DNA of 58,047 nt from Clostridiales bacterium (GTDB lineage: Bacteria > Bacillota > Clostridia > Acetivibrionales > JBDMZA01): assembly GCA_039770155.1 (NCBI GenBank), contig JBDMZA010000668.1, positions 1 through 58,047 of the forward strand. The letters run 5' to 3'. The notes under the pieces were generated by a model, which saw nothing but the letters and a program-made list of their open reading frames with translations, made no database searches and was not told where the DNA came from. This document shows, piece after piece, positions 16,648-26,450 of this stretch. The position numbers and the translations under genes were made by a program. The stretch's first letter is position 1. Each line of letters opens with the position of its first letter.

Positions 16648-19053
16648 TTAAACAACACTCTTTTTATTATCCTCACTTTCTTTATTTTTATCCTTACATT
16701 CAATTAACCTTTCTTTAAGAAAAGTATTCCTGGAATGCAAATTATTTCTGGAAACAACTTTTTCAGTGATGCCTTTTTCTGTTAGCAGAATAACTGTTTG
16801 TTTTCCCCTTGTAATCCCTGTGTACAATAACCTTGAATCGCACAAAGGGGAATCAGTTGAAAGAACTAAACAGATATACTTAAATTCTGAACCTTGTAGC
16901 TTATGCACTGTACAACAGTACGATAACATAAACTTATTGATATTTTCTGTAGTTTTAATGTACTTAATTTCCTTATGAAGATCCTGAAAATATACTGTAA
17001 ATGTATTACATGAAATATCAATAACCCTTCCAAATTCCCCGTTATAGATGTCATTTTCTTTATCATTTTTGATATTCATAACTTTATCGTTAATATCAAA
17101 AGGAAATTCAACCTTTTTGAAATTATTTATAAACATTGATCTTGGTATTGTAAATTTCATGTTATTATCTGTTTCAATTGTTAGTCCATCATTGATGAAA
17201 TTTACAATTTTGTATTTATTGCCTTTTTTTATTTTTGTAGCAAAATCAATATTTATATCATTTTCTGAAATGAATATATCCCCTGCATTAAGCCCAGATT
17301 CCTTGGGGTTAAACTGTTTCTTTATGAGTTCGTTTACAGCATTTACGCCAGTTTCCCCTTTTTTCAGTGGACTTATAAACTGAACTTCATTATAAAAATC
17401 GTCCAGATTGTCATACTTATTATATAAATGCTTATACATGTGATAAACTTGACTCTGGTACTCATCTCCGTCAATGCATTCTCTAACAAAAAAATCAGGT
17501 TTTTTGATAAAATCAAACATTTCATTATTCCTTATTGATGAAGCAATAGGAATAATATTTGATTCTTTACCCTGTCTAAAAGTTTTTTGAAGCTTTATGA
17601 CTGGATAAACATTTGCTTCGATTAAGTCATGTAATACATTCCCAGGCTGAACGCTTGGAAGTTGACCAGGATCACCAACCATAATTAATTTTGTAAAACT
17701 TCCTTGGTCCATCATGACTGATAATAATTTATAAAACAAAACTATGTCAACCATTGAAAATTCATCAATCACCATTACAGATTTTGTATAATATTGATTG
17801 TTTTGAAAGTTTACTTTTTCTGATTCATTCATAATAAATCCAACTTCGTCAATATCCTCTTTTGCTTCTTGGTATATATAACTGTGGATGGTTGAAGCTT
17901 CAATGCCTGTGGCCTGGTTCATGTGTCTTGAAGCCTTGCCAGTCGGAGCGGTTAGAACATTTACATGATTCAATCCTAATATAAACAATACGCATTTTAA
18001 AATTGTTGTTTTCCCAACTCCGGCACCGCCTGTTATAACGCTTATCGGAGCTGTTGCGCTTGTCGTAATTGCCTCTATTTGTGACTTGTCGAATTTTATT
18101 TTATTTCTAGTTTCAAATTTTGCAATGAGCTTTTCAATATCTTCAGAGTTATCAATTTGTTCTTTCCTTAACTGATTCCCTTTTTCATTTAAGAAATTCA
18201 ATATCTTGGGGACCTCTGTTTCAGCAGTATATATTTTTTCTGTATATACTTTTATTCCGTCCACAACTAATCTTTCGTTATTGTCCAAAAGATCAGCTAA
18301 AGGAAACTTACTTGATAGCCCATATTCCCGCAATTTATTTGACAATATATCATACTCTATATAGCAATTTGATTTACATTCAGCGTATACAATATATTCA
18401 GTCAAGTATTTGTTCCTAATATAATTATCTTTTGAAATCCCCATTTTAATAGCGATTTCATCAGCTTTTTTAAAGCTCATTTCAAGGTAATTTATAAGGA
18501 GCTCATAAGGATTTTTCTTAAAGTCTTCTATGGTAGATTGCTTAAATTCCATAACTTTATTTATTTTACTAATATTTTCTTTGGAGCATTTTCCACCTAA
18601 TAAAAGATTTAAATTTTTGAATAATACCATTTTATCAAGCTTTTCAAGCCCTTCTCTTATCAAAATTAAGCGAGCTTTACCTATATCCTTAATTTTAGGA
18701 TAATCATTAGTCCTAAAAATATTAATATCCTCTACTTGCTCCATTATCTTTTCTGCTGTTCTTTCTTTTATTCCATCTATTGAGCAGAGCAAATTAAACT
18801 GAGCTTCCTTTGAAGTATTATCAAATTCCTCGTAACTGCAATTGAAGGTTTTTTGACCGTTGTATTCTTTCCCCCAGTAGCCGACCAATGTTTTAGGACC
18901 GTGGGGCAGGTCGAAGCCATTAACCTTGACCGATATTTCTTCGTGTCCAAACCCAGCTATATATATTGCGAAATCATCTTTCCGAAATATTTCTTTAAAA
19001 ATGTTTACTTTAATTGTAACTTCCTTAAATTGCTGTTTCATAACATCCTCCAT
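16648..19053 (-). CDS. RecD/RecD2-like SF1B DNA helicase
   Basis: Walker A is GGAGVGKTT and Walker B is VIDEFSMV. The motifs VGDPGQLPSV and CTVHKLQGSEF are also present. Confidence 0.85.
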   Translation of the reverse strand: MEDVMKQQFKEVTIKVNIFKEIFRKDDFAIYIAGFGHEEISVKVNGFDLPHGPKTLVGYWGKEYNGQKTFNCSYEEFDNTSKEAQFNLLCSIDGIKERTAEKIMEQVEDINIFRTNDYPKIKDIGKARLILIREGLEKLDKMVLFKNLNLLLGGKCSKENISKINKVMEFKQSTIEDFKKNPYELLINYLEMSFKKADEIAIKMGISKDNYIRNKYLTEYIVYAECKSNCYIEYDILSNKLREYGLSSKFPLADLLDNNERLVVDGIKVYTEKIYTAETEVPKILNFLNEKGNQLRKEQIDNSEDIEKLIAKFETRNKIKFDKSQIEAITTSATAPISVITGGAGVGKTTILKCVLFILGLNHVNVLTAPTGKASRHMNQATGIEASTIHSYIYQEAKEDIDEVGFIMNESEKVNFQNNQYYTKSVMVIDEFSMVDIVLFYKLLSVMMDQGSFTKLIMVGDPGQLPSVQPGNVLHDLIEANVYPVIKLQKTFRQGKESNIIPIASSIRNNEMFDFIKKPDFFVRECIDGDEYQSQVYHMYKHLYNKYDNLDDFYNEVQFISPLKKGETGVNAVNELIKKQFNPKESGLNAGDIFISENDINIDFATKIKKGNKYKIVNFINDGLTIETDNNMKFTIPRSMFINNFKKVEFPFDINDKVMNIKNDKENDIYNGEFGRVIDISCNTFTVYFQDLHKEIKYIKTTENINKFMLSYCCTVHKLQGSEFKYICLVLSTDSPLCDSRLLYTGITRGKQTVILLTEKGITEKVVSRNNLHSRNTFLKERLIECKDKNKESEDNKKSVV

Positions 19054-19069
19054 AATTTATATTTTAAAA

Positions 19070-19118
19070 TACTACTTACTATTTAAATTATACTACAAGT
19101 ATAAAAAATAGTAAATAG
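19070..19118. repeat. TACTACTTACTATT-family operator/promoter repeats upstream of the helicase gene
   Basis: The region contains atactacttactattt, tatactacaagtat and the inverted aatagtaaatag. The same family occurs at 20511-20559. Confidence 0.55.
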
Positions 19119-19235
19119 ATTTATGTTCGAAAACTAAAAAAAAAATAAAAAAATATAAGGCTAAAACCAGCCCTATATTTTTTGTGTTTTCTGAATAAGA
19201 GAATAACCAAAAATCAAAAATTTTCTGTATCTATT

Positions 19236-19421
19236 CTATTCTATCACATTTTTCTTTTTTGGATTCCATTTTTTGATTACTATTTCAGAATCCTTAAGCT
19301 CCAACTCAACCAAATCTCCTTTGTTTAATTCCATTTCCTCTAAAAATTTTTTTGGAATTACGATGTATGAAGAATAAGTGCCTGTTAAGGTAATCTTCTT
19401 TATTATGTTATTTTGTGGCAT
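19236..19421 (-). CDS. AbrB/SpoVT/MazE-type swapped-hairpin DNA-binding protein
   Basis: The sequence is IVIPKKFLEEMELNKGDLVELELKDSEIVIKK. Confidence 0.6.
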   Translation of the reverse strand: MPQNNIIKKITLTGTYSSYIVIPKKFLEEMELNKGDLVELELKDSEIVIKKWNPKKKNVIE

Positions 19422-20493
19422 TTTTCTTATCCCCCTTGGCTTTATCCTTTTCTTTTGCTTTTGTATTAGCTGGTTTGGCTGTTTTATCTTCTGGCAAAGG
19501 AAGGCCTTCTTCCTTTTCTAGTTCATCAATAGATTTAAATTCTTCACTTGTTTTTTCTTCAGTTCTTTTTATCCCATTCTTTTTGTTCCAATCATTTTCT
19601 TTTTGTATAACTGTCTTTTTTACTTCTGCTAGTACTTTATCAAAAATATTTTTTGGAATTTCTTTTTTACTTGGGCTTTCTAAAAAACCATTATTGTATA
19701 ATTTTGTCATTACAAAATCAAGTAAAGCATCAGGTTGATATGATTTTGCAATTGCTTCATCTTTGCTTTTTGCGCTTGCACAGAGTAGTGTTAATTGTGC
19801 TGATGTTATTGGTTCTAATTCTTTTGGTTGTGTCTGTTCTTTTGGTTGTGTCTCATTTGGGGTTACATCAATAGCATCCTTTAAAAGCTTTTCCTCTATT
19901 CCAAGTTCTGATGCCTCATACATGCCTCCAAATTCTTCAGGAAAAACATTCCTAACTGCTGCAACCGTACAACATTTAGTAATCATAACGCCAGGCATTG
20001 TCCCCCACAAACCCATAGGTAAAGTTTTCCCGTCCTTATAATATGTTCGGAAATAATCAGATAACCGAACTGTCCATTTAAATTCTTTTTTCCATCCGCT
20101 TCGTTCGATAATGCAATAAGCACCAACTAATTCTTCATTAGGAAGAAAAAAAGTGCCAACTCTTTCAATTACTTTTTTATCTGATTTATCATATAGAATT
20201 AATCCACTTTCCCATCCCTCGCATAAAGGGTTTTTGTTAAGTCTTTCAGTAAAAACGTCTTTACCTACAACCATTTGGACTTTATCTTTAAACTTAATTA
20301 GATGAGCTTGCCCTAGAAAAGGATTAAGCTTGCGATAAAAACATAATTGCATAAAATTATGTATTTCTGCATCTGAAATATCTTTTCCTTTTGCGATTTG
20401 GTTTCTAACAATCTCAAGAGATAACTTTACTTCACCGGAATCCGTTTCAATTTTCATAATTTCGTTTTTATTCATAATTTTCATTTCCTCCAT
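19408..20493 (-). CDS. recT: RecT/Bet-family single-strand annealing recombinase with a long low-complexity C-terminal tail
   Basis: The core reads NFMQLCFYRKLNPFLGQAHLIKF...VVGKDVFTERL...TKCCTVAAVRNVFPEEFGGMY, which is RecT-like. Confidence 0.7.
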   Translation of the reverse strand: MEEMKIMNKNEIMKIETDSGEVKLSLEIVRNQIAKGKDISDAEIHNFMQLCFYRKLNPFLGQAHLIKFKDKVQMVVGKDVFTERLNKNPLCEGWESGLILYDKSDKKVIERVGTFFLPNEELVGAYCIIERSGWKKEFKWTVRLSDYFRTYYKDGKTLPMGLWGTMPGVMITKCCTVAAVRNVFPEEFGGMYEASELGIEEKLLKDAIDVTPNETQPKEQTQPKELEPITSAQLTLLCASAKSKDEAIAKSYQPDALLDFVMTKLYNNGFLESPSKKEIPKNIFDKVLAEVKKTVIQKENDWNKKNGIKRTEEKTSEEFKSIDELEKEEGLPLPEDKTAKPANTKAKEKDKAKGDKKNATK

Positions 20494-20510
20494 AATATAT
20501 TTTTTTTATT

Positions 20511-20559
20511 TACTACTTACTATTATTATACTACTTACTATTGAAAAAGTAAATAGTAT
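20511..20559. repeat. Two tandem TACTACTTACTATT boxes plus an inverted AGTAAATAGTA; operator/promoter region between recT and the divergent small gene
   Basis: The copies were read directly. A TATAAT lies between the boxes on the minus strand. Confidence 0.55.
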
Positions 20560-20617
20560 TTAAAAAAATAAATAAAATATGATATAATCAAAGCAAAGGA
20601 ATGATAAAGGTGTGAAG

Positions 20618-20785
20618 ATGGAAAAAATTTGTTGCAATGTGAATACTAAAATAGATAAGAATATTTATTTTAGTATTAAAAAAATAAAAGCAATAGAAGG
20701 TAAAAAGATCTCAGAAATTACGGAATCAGCATTTTTATTGTACATAAATGAGTATGAAAGAAAAAATAATATAAAACTAGACTAA
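20618..20785 (+). CDS. Small ribbon-helix-helix (CopG/Arc-like) protein (below the track cutoff)
   Basis: Hand translation gives MEKICCNVNTKIDKNIYFSIKKIKAIEGKKISEITESAFLLYINEYERKNNIKLD. An RBS (aaaggtg) is upstream. Confidence 0.45.
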   Translation: MEKICCNVNTKIDKNIYFSIKKIKAIEGKKISEITESAFLLYINEYERKNNIKLD

Positions 20786-20809
20786 TAGTCTATAAAGGAG
20801 TTTTTTAAT

Positions 20810-21382
20810 ATGAATGAAGTTTTTGCATGGCTGTATTTATGTTTATTAATAATTATTGGAGGAGCTATAACAATATTTCTCTGGTATATATATCAAAGAA
20901 TTACAAAAATAAAAAAAGCATTTGATTCTCTAGATCAATCAATACTAGAGCAAACAGATGTACTTAAAGATATAGAAGAAAAAGAAGATTCAGTTAAGAA
21001 GACACAAAAAAATATTCTGGAAATGAACATTGAATTTTCGCGAAAAATTAGGCTGATATTGTCAAAATACAAAGGTGAAGAATTTGATACTAGGGTACTG
21101 AAATCACTAAGTGATGAAATAGATTATGAATTAACTAATCGCTCTGATGAAACTGAAACATCAAGTGTTAATGATGAACCTGAATTTTGCAGCGATCTTG
21201 AGTATAAATCGATTGAACTACTTGAAAACTCAAGTGCCGAAATGTTCAAAAACATTATTCCAGATGAATACGCAAATAAAGAAGTAAATAATAAAACAAA
21301 AGACAACATAAGTGACTTTGGAAAGTTTAAACTTCAAGATGTATTCAAAAAAATGAGCAAAAAAGGTGGTGGGATGAAGTGA
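20810..21382 (+). CDS. Membrane protein immediately upstream of the endolysin (holin candidate, atypically long)
   Basis: It has one N-terminal TM segment (AWLYLCLLIIIGGAITIFLWYIY) and overlaps the endolysin start. Confidence 0.4.
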   Translation: MNEVFAWLYLCLLIIIGGAITIFLWYIYQRITKIKKAFDSLDQSILEQTDVLKDIEEKEDSVKKTQKNILEMNIEFSRKIRLILSKYKGEEFDTRVLKSLSDEIDYELTNRSDETETSSVNDEPEFCSDLEYKSIELLENSSAEMFKNIIPDEYANKEVNNKTKDNISDFGKFKLQDVFKKMSKKGGGMK

Positions 21383-22227
21383 GTAAGAAAGTATATTTAA
21401 GTCCATCTACTCAAGAGAAAAATATTGGTGCTAATAACTATAAATCTGAAGAATATCGAATGAATTTAGTATGTAACATAACTGAAAAAATACTTAAACA
21501 ACATGGGGTTACTGTATATAGAAATAAGCCTACAATGAGTTTAGGTGAAGTAGTAAGAGATAGTAATAATAAAAATGCTGATATTCATTTTGCAATACAT
21601 TCAAATGCGTATAATTCAAAATGGAAAGGTTGCGAAATCTTTTGTTACAAAAAAGGTGGAGAAGGAGAAAAGCTTTGTAAGGCAGTGTACAAGTATATAT
21701 CGAAGTTAACACCTTGGGCAGATAGAGGAATAAAAGAAGGATATAACTTTTACGGGAAAGGGAAACATATGTATGAGGTTGCCTATACAAAAATGCCTGC
21801 GAGCCTTATAGAAATTGATTTCCATGACAACCCAGAATCAGCAAAATGGATTATTGAAAATATTAGCATAATTGGGGAAAATATCGCACATGGAATTTTG
21901 GATTATTTAAATATTGAATATAAACCAGAATCAAAAGATGTATTCCCAGTTACAAAGGAAGCTAAGATGATAATTGAATCTATTACTAAATATTCAGATG
22001 TTGTTATTGACCACTTAGAAAAAAACACACATATCAATCTATCTGGACTTTTTGAAAAAATATGGTTAGCGAAAATTGAAGCTGAGAAAAATTATAAAAC
22101 CTTAATTCTTACAACTCATGTGTTTATGACAAATTCATCCAAATTAATTCAAGATACAAGTAAAAAAACAATTGAAGTAAAAAAACAATTAGAGGAATTG
22201 CAGAAACAGATAGATAAACTTAAATAA
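21379..22227 (+). CDS. N-acetylmuramoyl-L-alanine amidase (Amidase_3) endolysin with a coiled-coil C-terminal region
   Basis: The sequence VYLSPSTQEKN...ADIHFAIHSNA...ASLIEIDFHDN matches the Amidase_3 Zn-ligand pattern. Confidence 0.8.
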   Translation: MSKKVYLSPSTQEKNIGANNYKSEEYRMNLVCNITEKILKQHGVTVYRNKPTMSLGEVVRDSNNKNADIHFAIHSNAYNSKWKGCEIFCYKKGGEGEKLCKAVYKYISKLTPWADRGIKEGYNFYGKGKHMYEVAYTKMPASLIEIDFHDNPESAKWIIENISIIGENIAHGILDYLNIEYKPESKDVFPVTKEAKMIIESITKYSDVVIDHLEKNTHINLSGLFEKIWLAKIEAEKNYKTLILTTHVFMTNSSKLIQDTSKKTIEVKKQLEELQKQIDKLK

Positions 22228-22237
22228 AAAAAAATAA

Positions 22238-22290
22238 AAGATCAGTTAAAGAAAGCAAATTATTGGTTTTTCCTTAACTGGTCTTTTTTT
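22238..22290. terminator. Bidirectional terminator between the lysis and tail genes
   Basis: An imperfect 13-bp stem (agatcagttaaag / ccttaactggtct) is flanked by an A-run and a T-run. Confidence 0.6.
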
Positions 22291-24016
22291 ATCTTGATTT
22301 TACAACCGGAGTAATAACAATATAGCTCCTGCCTAACATCGTTGTATCGCTTGGGTGGGCTATATTTTGCGCCCATTGCAACTGAAGTTTTCCTCCGTTT
22401 TCATATATTTCTATCATGAAAGTTTCCCAAATAAATGTTACTTTTGCAGTTTCAGTTCCGAACGCAACTGCTGTTGAATAGTTTTCATTTTTCATCTTCA
22501 CATCAGTATTATCAAGGTCCGTTGTTGCGGTGTCAGGTCCTAACAGATTCCTGGAAGTCCTAAAGTCCCCATTTGTTAACGACCATGCAGTTTTCACATC
22601 AGGAGTTGCACTAACAACGTTACTCACAGCTAAAAAAGCCTGTATATGGTAAAGTCTATTCCCCTCAAGATTTGCCCAAATTTCTGCGTCATTTATCAAA
22701 ACATTAGAGTTATTGACAACTTCTAGCAATCCTTTTGAGATATATAGAGGGGTATTAGACTCTTTCAGTTTCATTATTTGAGTATTAGATATTATAAAGT
22801 CAGTAATAAGCCCAAAACCAGTTGTGCCATTCCAACCTATGTATATTGACCCAGCACTTGAAAGTGTTGTTTCAAACTCTAATATGCTAGGAGCTTCATT
22901 TCCTTTATTCATAATCACTCGCATAGTATCATTATTTTTTTCTATATATAGCAAGTATCTTTCTTGTTTTTTCAGTGCATTGTTTAAAGCTTTTGAAACT
23001 GTTGTTCCTGCTGCTGCTTTGTACTCATAGATATATAAAGTGTCTGAAGCCACGTATATTTCAATGTAATTTGATGCATCAATCCTCCATGTTATCGAAG
23101 GGCCTTCTCCATCTGCTTTACAGTATATCTCAAATTTTGATATAAAGTTAGAAATATCTTCATAAATCAATAATGACCTAGAACTGTTTACATATGAATA
23201 CTGGTCTAACTTCATTAAGCCAACTCGCTCTATTGCATTATCTCGATACAAGCCAACTGCGTCAGACAAGATCGTAAATACATTTTCCCAGCCCGTTACA
23301 GAACCTTTGTATAATTGGAATGGATTGTAATATCCACTATAAACAGGGTCTTGTCTATATAAATAACATAATTGTACACTAAAATATTCATTAATCGCGT
23401 TTATGACAGATTGTGCATTCACTCTAATGTAGGTTATATTGCTCCATGCCGGAGGTACGCCAACACTTGTAAAAGAGCTTTTCGCCGCATAAACAGCGTT
23501 CCAGCCATTCCTTAATGCGGCTGGGTTGTAAGCTATAGCATAATAATTTGATGCATCTTGCCCTAGCCTCAAGTCAAAATAAGTGAATTTAGCAATATCT
23601 GATATGTAAAAATATAACATAACTATATCACTTGTAGTTGATGCATCTTCTCCATTCTCAAAAAGTGTCAGGTCTAACGCACTTATTGTTTTGTACATCC
23701 CCATCCAGCCAGCAACATTATCAGATTCGGCCATTTTTACAGAAGCCTCACCAATCGGGTTATTCGTTGTGTCGTCTGATAGAGTTGTGCTTGCTGCTGC
23801 TGTCCAAAGAGATGAATCCGAAAACAAATCGATTATTTTTGAATTTCTACTTTGGAAGTATTCGATATAATCAGAAAAACTAACAGCCTGGCTCCGGCCT
23901 AGTTCTTCATCCGTTATCTCCAGCAAATCTTCTATGGCATTGAGATTTATGTCATTAATCGCTGGAACTCCACCATTTGAAAAAGTTACCGGAACAAACT
24001 TTCTGAAATCAGCCAT
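22289..24016 (-). CDS. Tail fibre / receptor-binding protein (by position)
   Basis: It is the last large ORF of the tail module. The start is placed at the ATG after GGAGGGG. No catalytic motif is recognised. Confidence 0.5.
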   Translation of the reverse strand: MADFRKFVPVTFSNGGVPAINDINLNAIEDLLEITDEELGRSQAVSFSDYIEYFQSRNSKIIDLFSDSSLWTAAASTTLSDDTTNNPIGEASVKMAESDNVAGWMGMYKTISALDLTLFENGEDASTTSDIVMLYFYISDIAKFTYFDLRLGQDASNYYAIAYNPAALRNGWNAVYAAKSSFTSVGVPPAWSNITYIRVNAQSVINAINEYFSVQLCYLYRQDPVYSGYYNPFQLYKGSVTGWENVFTILSDAVGLYRDNAIERVGLMKLDQYSYVNSSRSLLIYEDISNFISKFEIYCKADGEGPSITWRIDASNYIEIYVASDTLYIYEYKAAAGTTVSKALNNALKKQERYLLYIEKNNDTMRVIMNKGNEAPSILEFETTLSSAGSIYIGWNGTTGFGLITDFIISNTQIMKLKESNTPLYISKGLLEVVNNSNVLINDAEIWANLEGNRLYHIQAFLAVSNVVSATPDVKTAWSLTNGDFRTSRNLLGPDTATTDLDNTDVKMKNENYSTAVAFGTETAKVTFIWETFMIEIYENGGKLQLQWAQNIAHPSDTTMLGRSYIVITPVVKSR

Positions 24017-24017
24017 T

Positions 24018-24344
24018 TTACACCCCTCCAATTTCTGAATTTATTGGAGTTGGTGCTTTGGTTATTTTTGTAACTGATTCTTTTTTTATGTTTTTCGATA
24101 ATTTTGGCATATCAATTGAATATACTTTTGTGATATATATTTCTTCCTTTATTTCTCCTTCTACGATTTGAGCAGAAACAGTTGTTTCTTTTTCTGCTAT
24201 GGTCAAATTTAACGCTTTTTTAAGCATATTTACATAATCTACACAAAAATTTGCATAAGCATTTAGTTCTAACTGTTGTTTTTCTTCATTTGTTAACTTA
24301 TTTTTTTTTGGATATATGTTGTACTCTAATACTTGTTTTCCCAT
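24018..24344 (-). CDS. Hypothetical tail-module protein
   Basis: It is tightly coupled to the flanking tail genes. Confidence 0.45.
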   Translation of the reverse strand: MGKQVLEYNIYPKKNKLTNEEKQQLELNAYANFCVDYVNMLKKALNLTIAEKETTVSAQIVEGEIKEEIYITKVYSIDMPKLSKNIKKESVTKITKAPTPINSEIGGV

Positions 24345-24364
24345 TTACAAAGAAACTCCTTCCA

Positions 24365-24931
24365 TTATACTCTTGAAAATAAATCTGTTCTAGTGAATTG
24401 AAATTCTTCTGTAGCTACTTTTGCCTCAGCGGTAATTACAATTCGAGAAATCATTAAGCCTGTGTCTTTTCCTGCTCCACCGTTCCATGTCAACGCGGCA
24501 CTACCACAAAAAATGCCTATTTCCCGAACTGTACAAACCCCATTGTAAGGCGCATAGTCTGGCTCATCAGCTAATAACAACGCAGTACTTTGTAATTGTC
24601 CTGTACCTGTTTTTGTTTTTGCCAAAATTGGGACTCTAAATATTTCATTATCCAGGGTTGTCTGGCTTGCTGCTTCAGCCAGACTGCTATCCCCAATCGC
24701 CAGATAGGCCAATTGCATATCTATACCACTGCTCAAAGCTTTTATTATTTCATCCAGGCCTAAATTTGTAATTAGATTTTTTACATTTATTACTTTTATA
24801 ATTTTGCCAGTCACTACATTTTTTTTGATTATAGTATATTCCCCAGACCAACCAAACTTATTATTTAGTTCTTCAGGATGTAGCTTCAATCCATGGTCTT
24901 CAATATTTTTCATTTTATCACCTCTAATCAT
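24365..24931 (-). CDS. Tail/baseplate protein (an alternative start at 24913 is possible)
   Basis: The call is by position in the tail module. Confidence 0.45.
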   Translation of the reverse strand: MIRGDKMKNIEDHGLKLHPEELNNKFGWSGEYTIIKKNVVTGKIIKVINVKNLITNLGLDEIIKALSSGIDMQLAYLAIGDSSLAEAASQTTLDNEIFRVPILAKTKTGTGQLQSTALLLADEPDYAPYNGVCTVREIGIFCGSAALTWNGGAGKDTGLMISRIVITAEAKVATEEFQFTRTDLFSRV

Positions 24932-26450
24932 TGTAAGTAGTTGTTTTATTCAATGTCCCAGGATACAAAATATTACTGGGAAATAGCGCATTGCTTGGAA
25001 ACAAAGCTGTAAATTGTTTCAACTGTGTTTGCCCACTCCATTCCAGCTCTTCACTTGTTGCAATTGGAACCGATACAATGGCATCTTCTCTAATCGTAAA
25101 GCTAATTTCCTTATCTATCCACTTTTTGAAAAACTTTATCCATCCCCCGATCGCAGAACCATCAACGAACGTGTATTCCTTCAATAAGTGTGCTGACCCT
25201 ATATCTGTTGTTTTTTTACTTACCAACAAATAGCCATTACCTTCTGAAACAAGTGAATTAAGCTGGAAACTTGGGAGTATAACATCAACTACTTGCCCGA
25301 TATCATATTCCATCGTATAGCTTGAAAATAACAATTGTTTTGAAATGGTAGAATGTTTATCCACCAATGCTTGTGCTTTTTCCTCAGCTACAACAAGGGA
25401 TTCAATGTAAGAACCATCTGAAATCGAAGAATAAACCCCTGTTCCACCTTCGATCGCAGCTCTTTCTGCTATTGCCGCTGTATTTTGCTTGACTACATCT
25501 ATTTTATATTGACCGATATATTTTGCAACTAGGAAATAACTTGATGGGATAGATTCAAGGAGATCCTGTGCAATGATGTTCGAATTTTTACTCCAGTAAT
25601 ATTTTAACCCTGTGTCTAGCCCACTAATACCAACATATCTAGAGTCCACAACCTCAGAAGATAATGGATTGTCTATGTCTTGTGTTATATATAGCGTAGG
25701 CTTACTATTGAAGGGAAAGCTAACAAAAAATGATTTATCATCATCCGGTGTGGGTGTGCATTTTTCGGTCAATTCATCGGTTAAAGCGTTTACATTTTGA
25801 AATATTTTTTTATTAAAATATTCACTTCTATCATCACTTATACTTAATGTTCCTGGCAGATAATTTGAAACATTTTCCCTAATCTCTGCTCCTTGGAAAT
25901 AATCTCTTTCCCTAAAGTAAAATTTTTTGTCTGGTCCTATTTTCCATTGCCAGTTTATAAGTGCTGCAAATTCATCAAAAACAGCGGCCCCCTTGCTATA
26001 TGGGCAATTTATTGACACATAACTAGTTGTAGTTTTTATACTATCTGAATCATACCAAATCCCATATGAGGCAAAATAGGTATCTAATATATCTTTCAAT
26101 ACCTCTGAAATTAGATCTTTTGCATATGAATTATTTATATCCACCGTATCAGCTATATAGTGCCAGTCAACTGCATATATTTTTGTAGAAAGTTTGGGAT
26201 GGTTGTCTACTTTCCTAGTCGCAGGCTCGTCTAATTGTCCCCCAAATTTTAACACACCATCCTCATACAATTCTATTTTTTGGCCAATCAGAAGATCCCA
26301 AGTATAAGGAATTCCAGACAAATTCCGATCAATTAAAGCAAACTCTAAAACGGTTATTTCTCCAGGTTCACCGTGATTTATTTTCACACTTTGATTCTTA
26401 ACTTGTACTCCACTTGGAAGATATTCTCCATTTATTTTTATGGTAAACAT
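24924..26450 (-). CDS. Distal tail / baseplate hub protein (Dit/Tal position)
   Basis: This 508-aa ORF begins at the tape-measure stop. Confidence 0.5.
   Translation of the reverse strand: MFTIKINGEYLPSGVQVKNQSVKINHGEPGEITVLEFALIDRNLSGIPYTWDLLIGQKIELYEDGVLKFGGQLDEPATRKVDNHPKLSTKIYAVDWHYIADTVDINNSYAKDLISEVLKDILDTYFASYGIWYDSDSIKTTTSYVSINCPYSKGAAVFDEFAALINWQWKIGPDKKFYFRERDYFQGAEIRENVSNYLPGTLSISDDRSEYFNKKIFQNVNALTDELTEKCTPTPDDDKSFFVSFPFNSKPTLYITQDIDNPLSSEVVDSRYVGISGLDTGLKYYWSKNSNIIAQDLLESIPSSYFLVAKYIGQYKIDVVKQNTAAIAERAAIEGGTGVYSSISDGSYIESLVVAEEKAQALVDKHSTISKQLLFSSYTMEYDIGQVVDVILPSFQLNSLVSEGNGYLLVSKKTTDIGSAHLLKEYTFVDGSAIGGWIKFFKKWIDKEISFTIREDAIVSVPIATSEELEWSGQTQLKQFTALFPSNALFPSNILYPGTLNKTTTYND

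Noticed and set aside
19415-20041. Plus-strand ORFs 19415..19738, 19653..19874 and 19763..20041.
   Set aside because: They are antisense shadows of recT and its low-complexity C-terminal tail.
21379-22227. The missing cell-wall-binding domain in the endolysin as a novelty.
   Set aside because: The C-terminal region of about 100 aa is coiled-coil-like and unrecognised, but an uncharacterised binding domain cannot be excluded by eye. It was not developed further.
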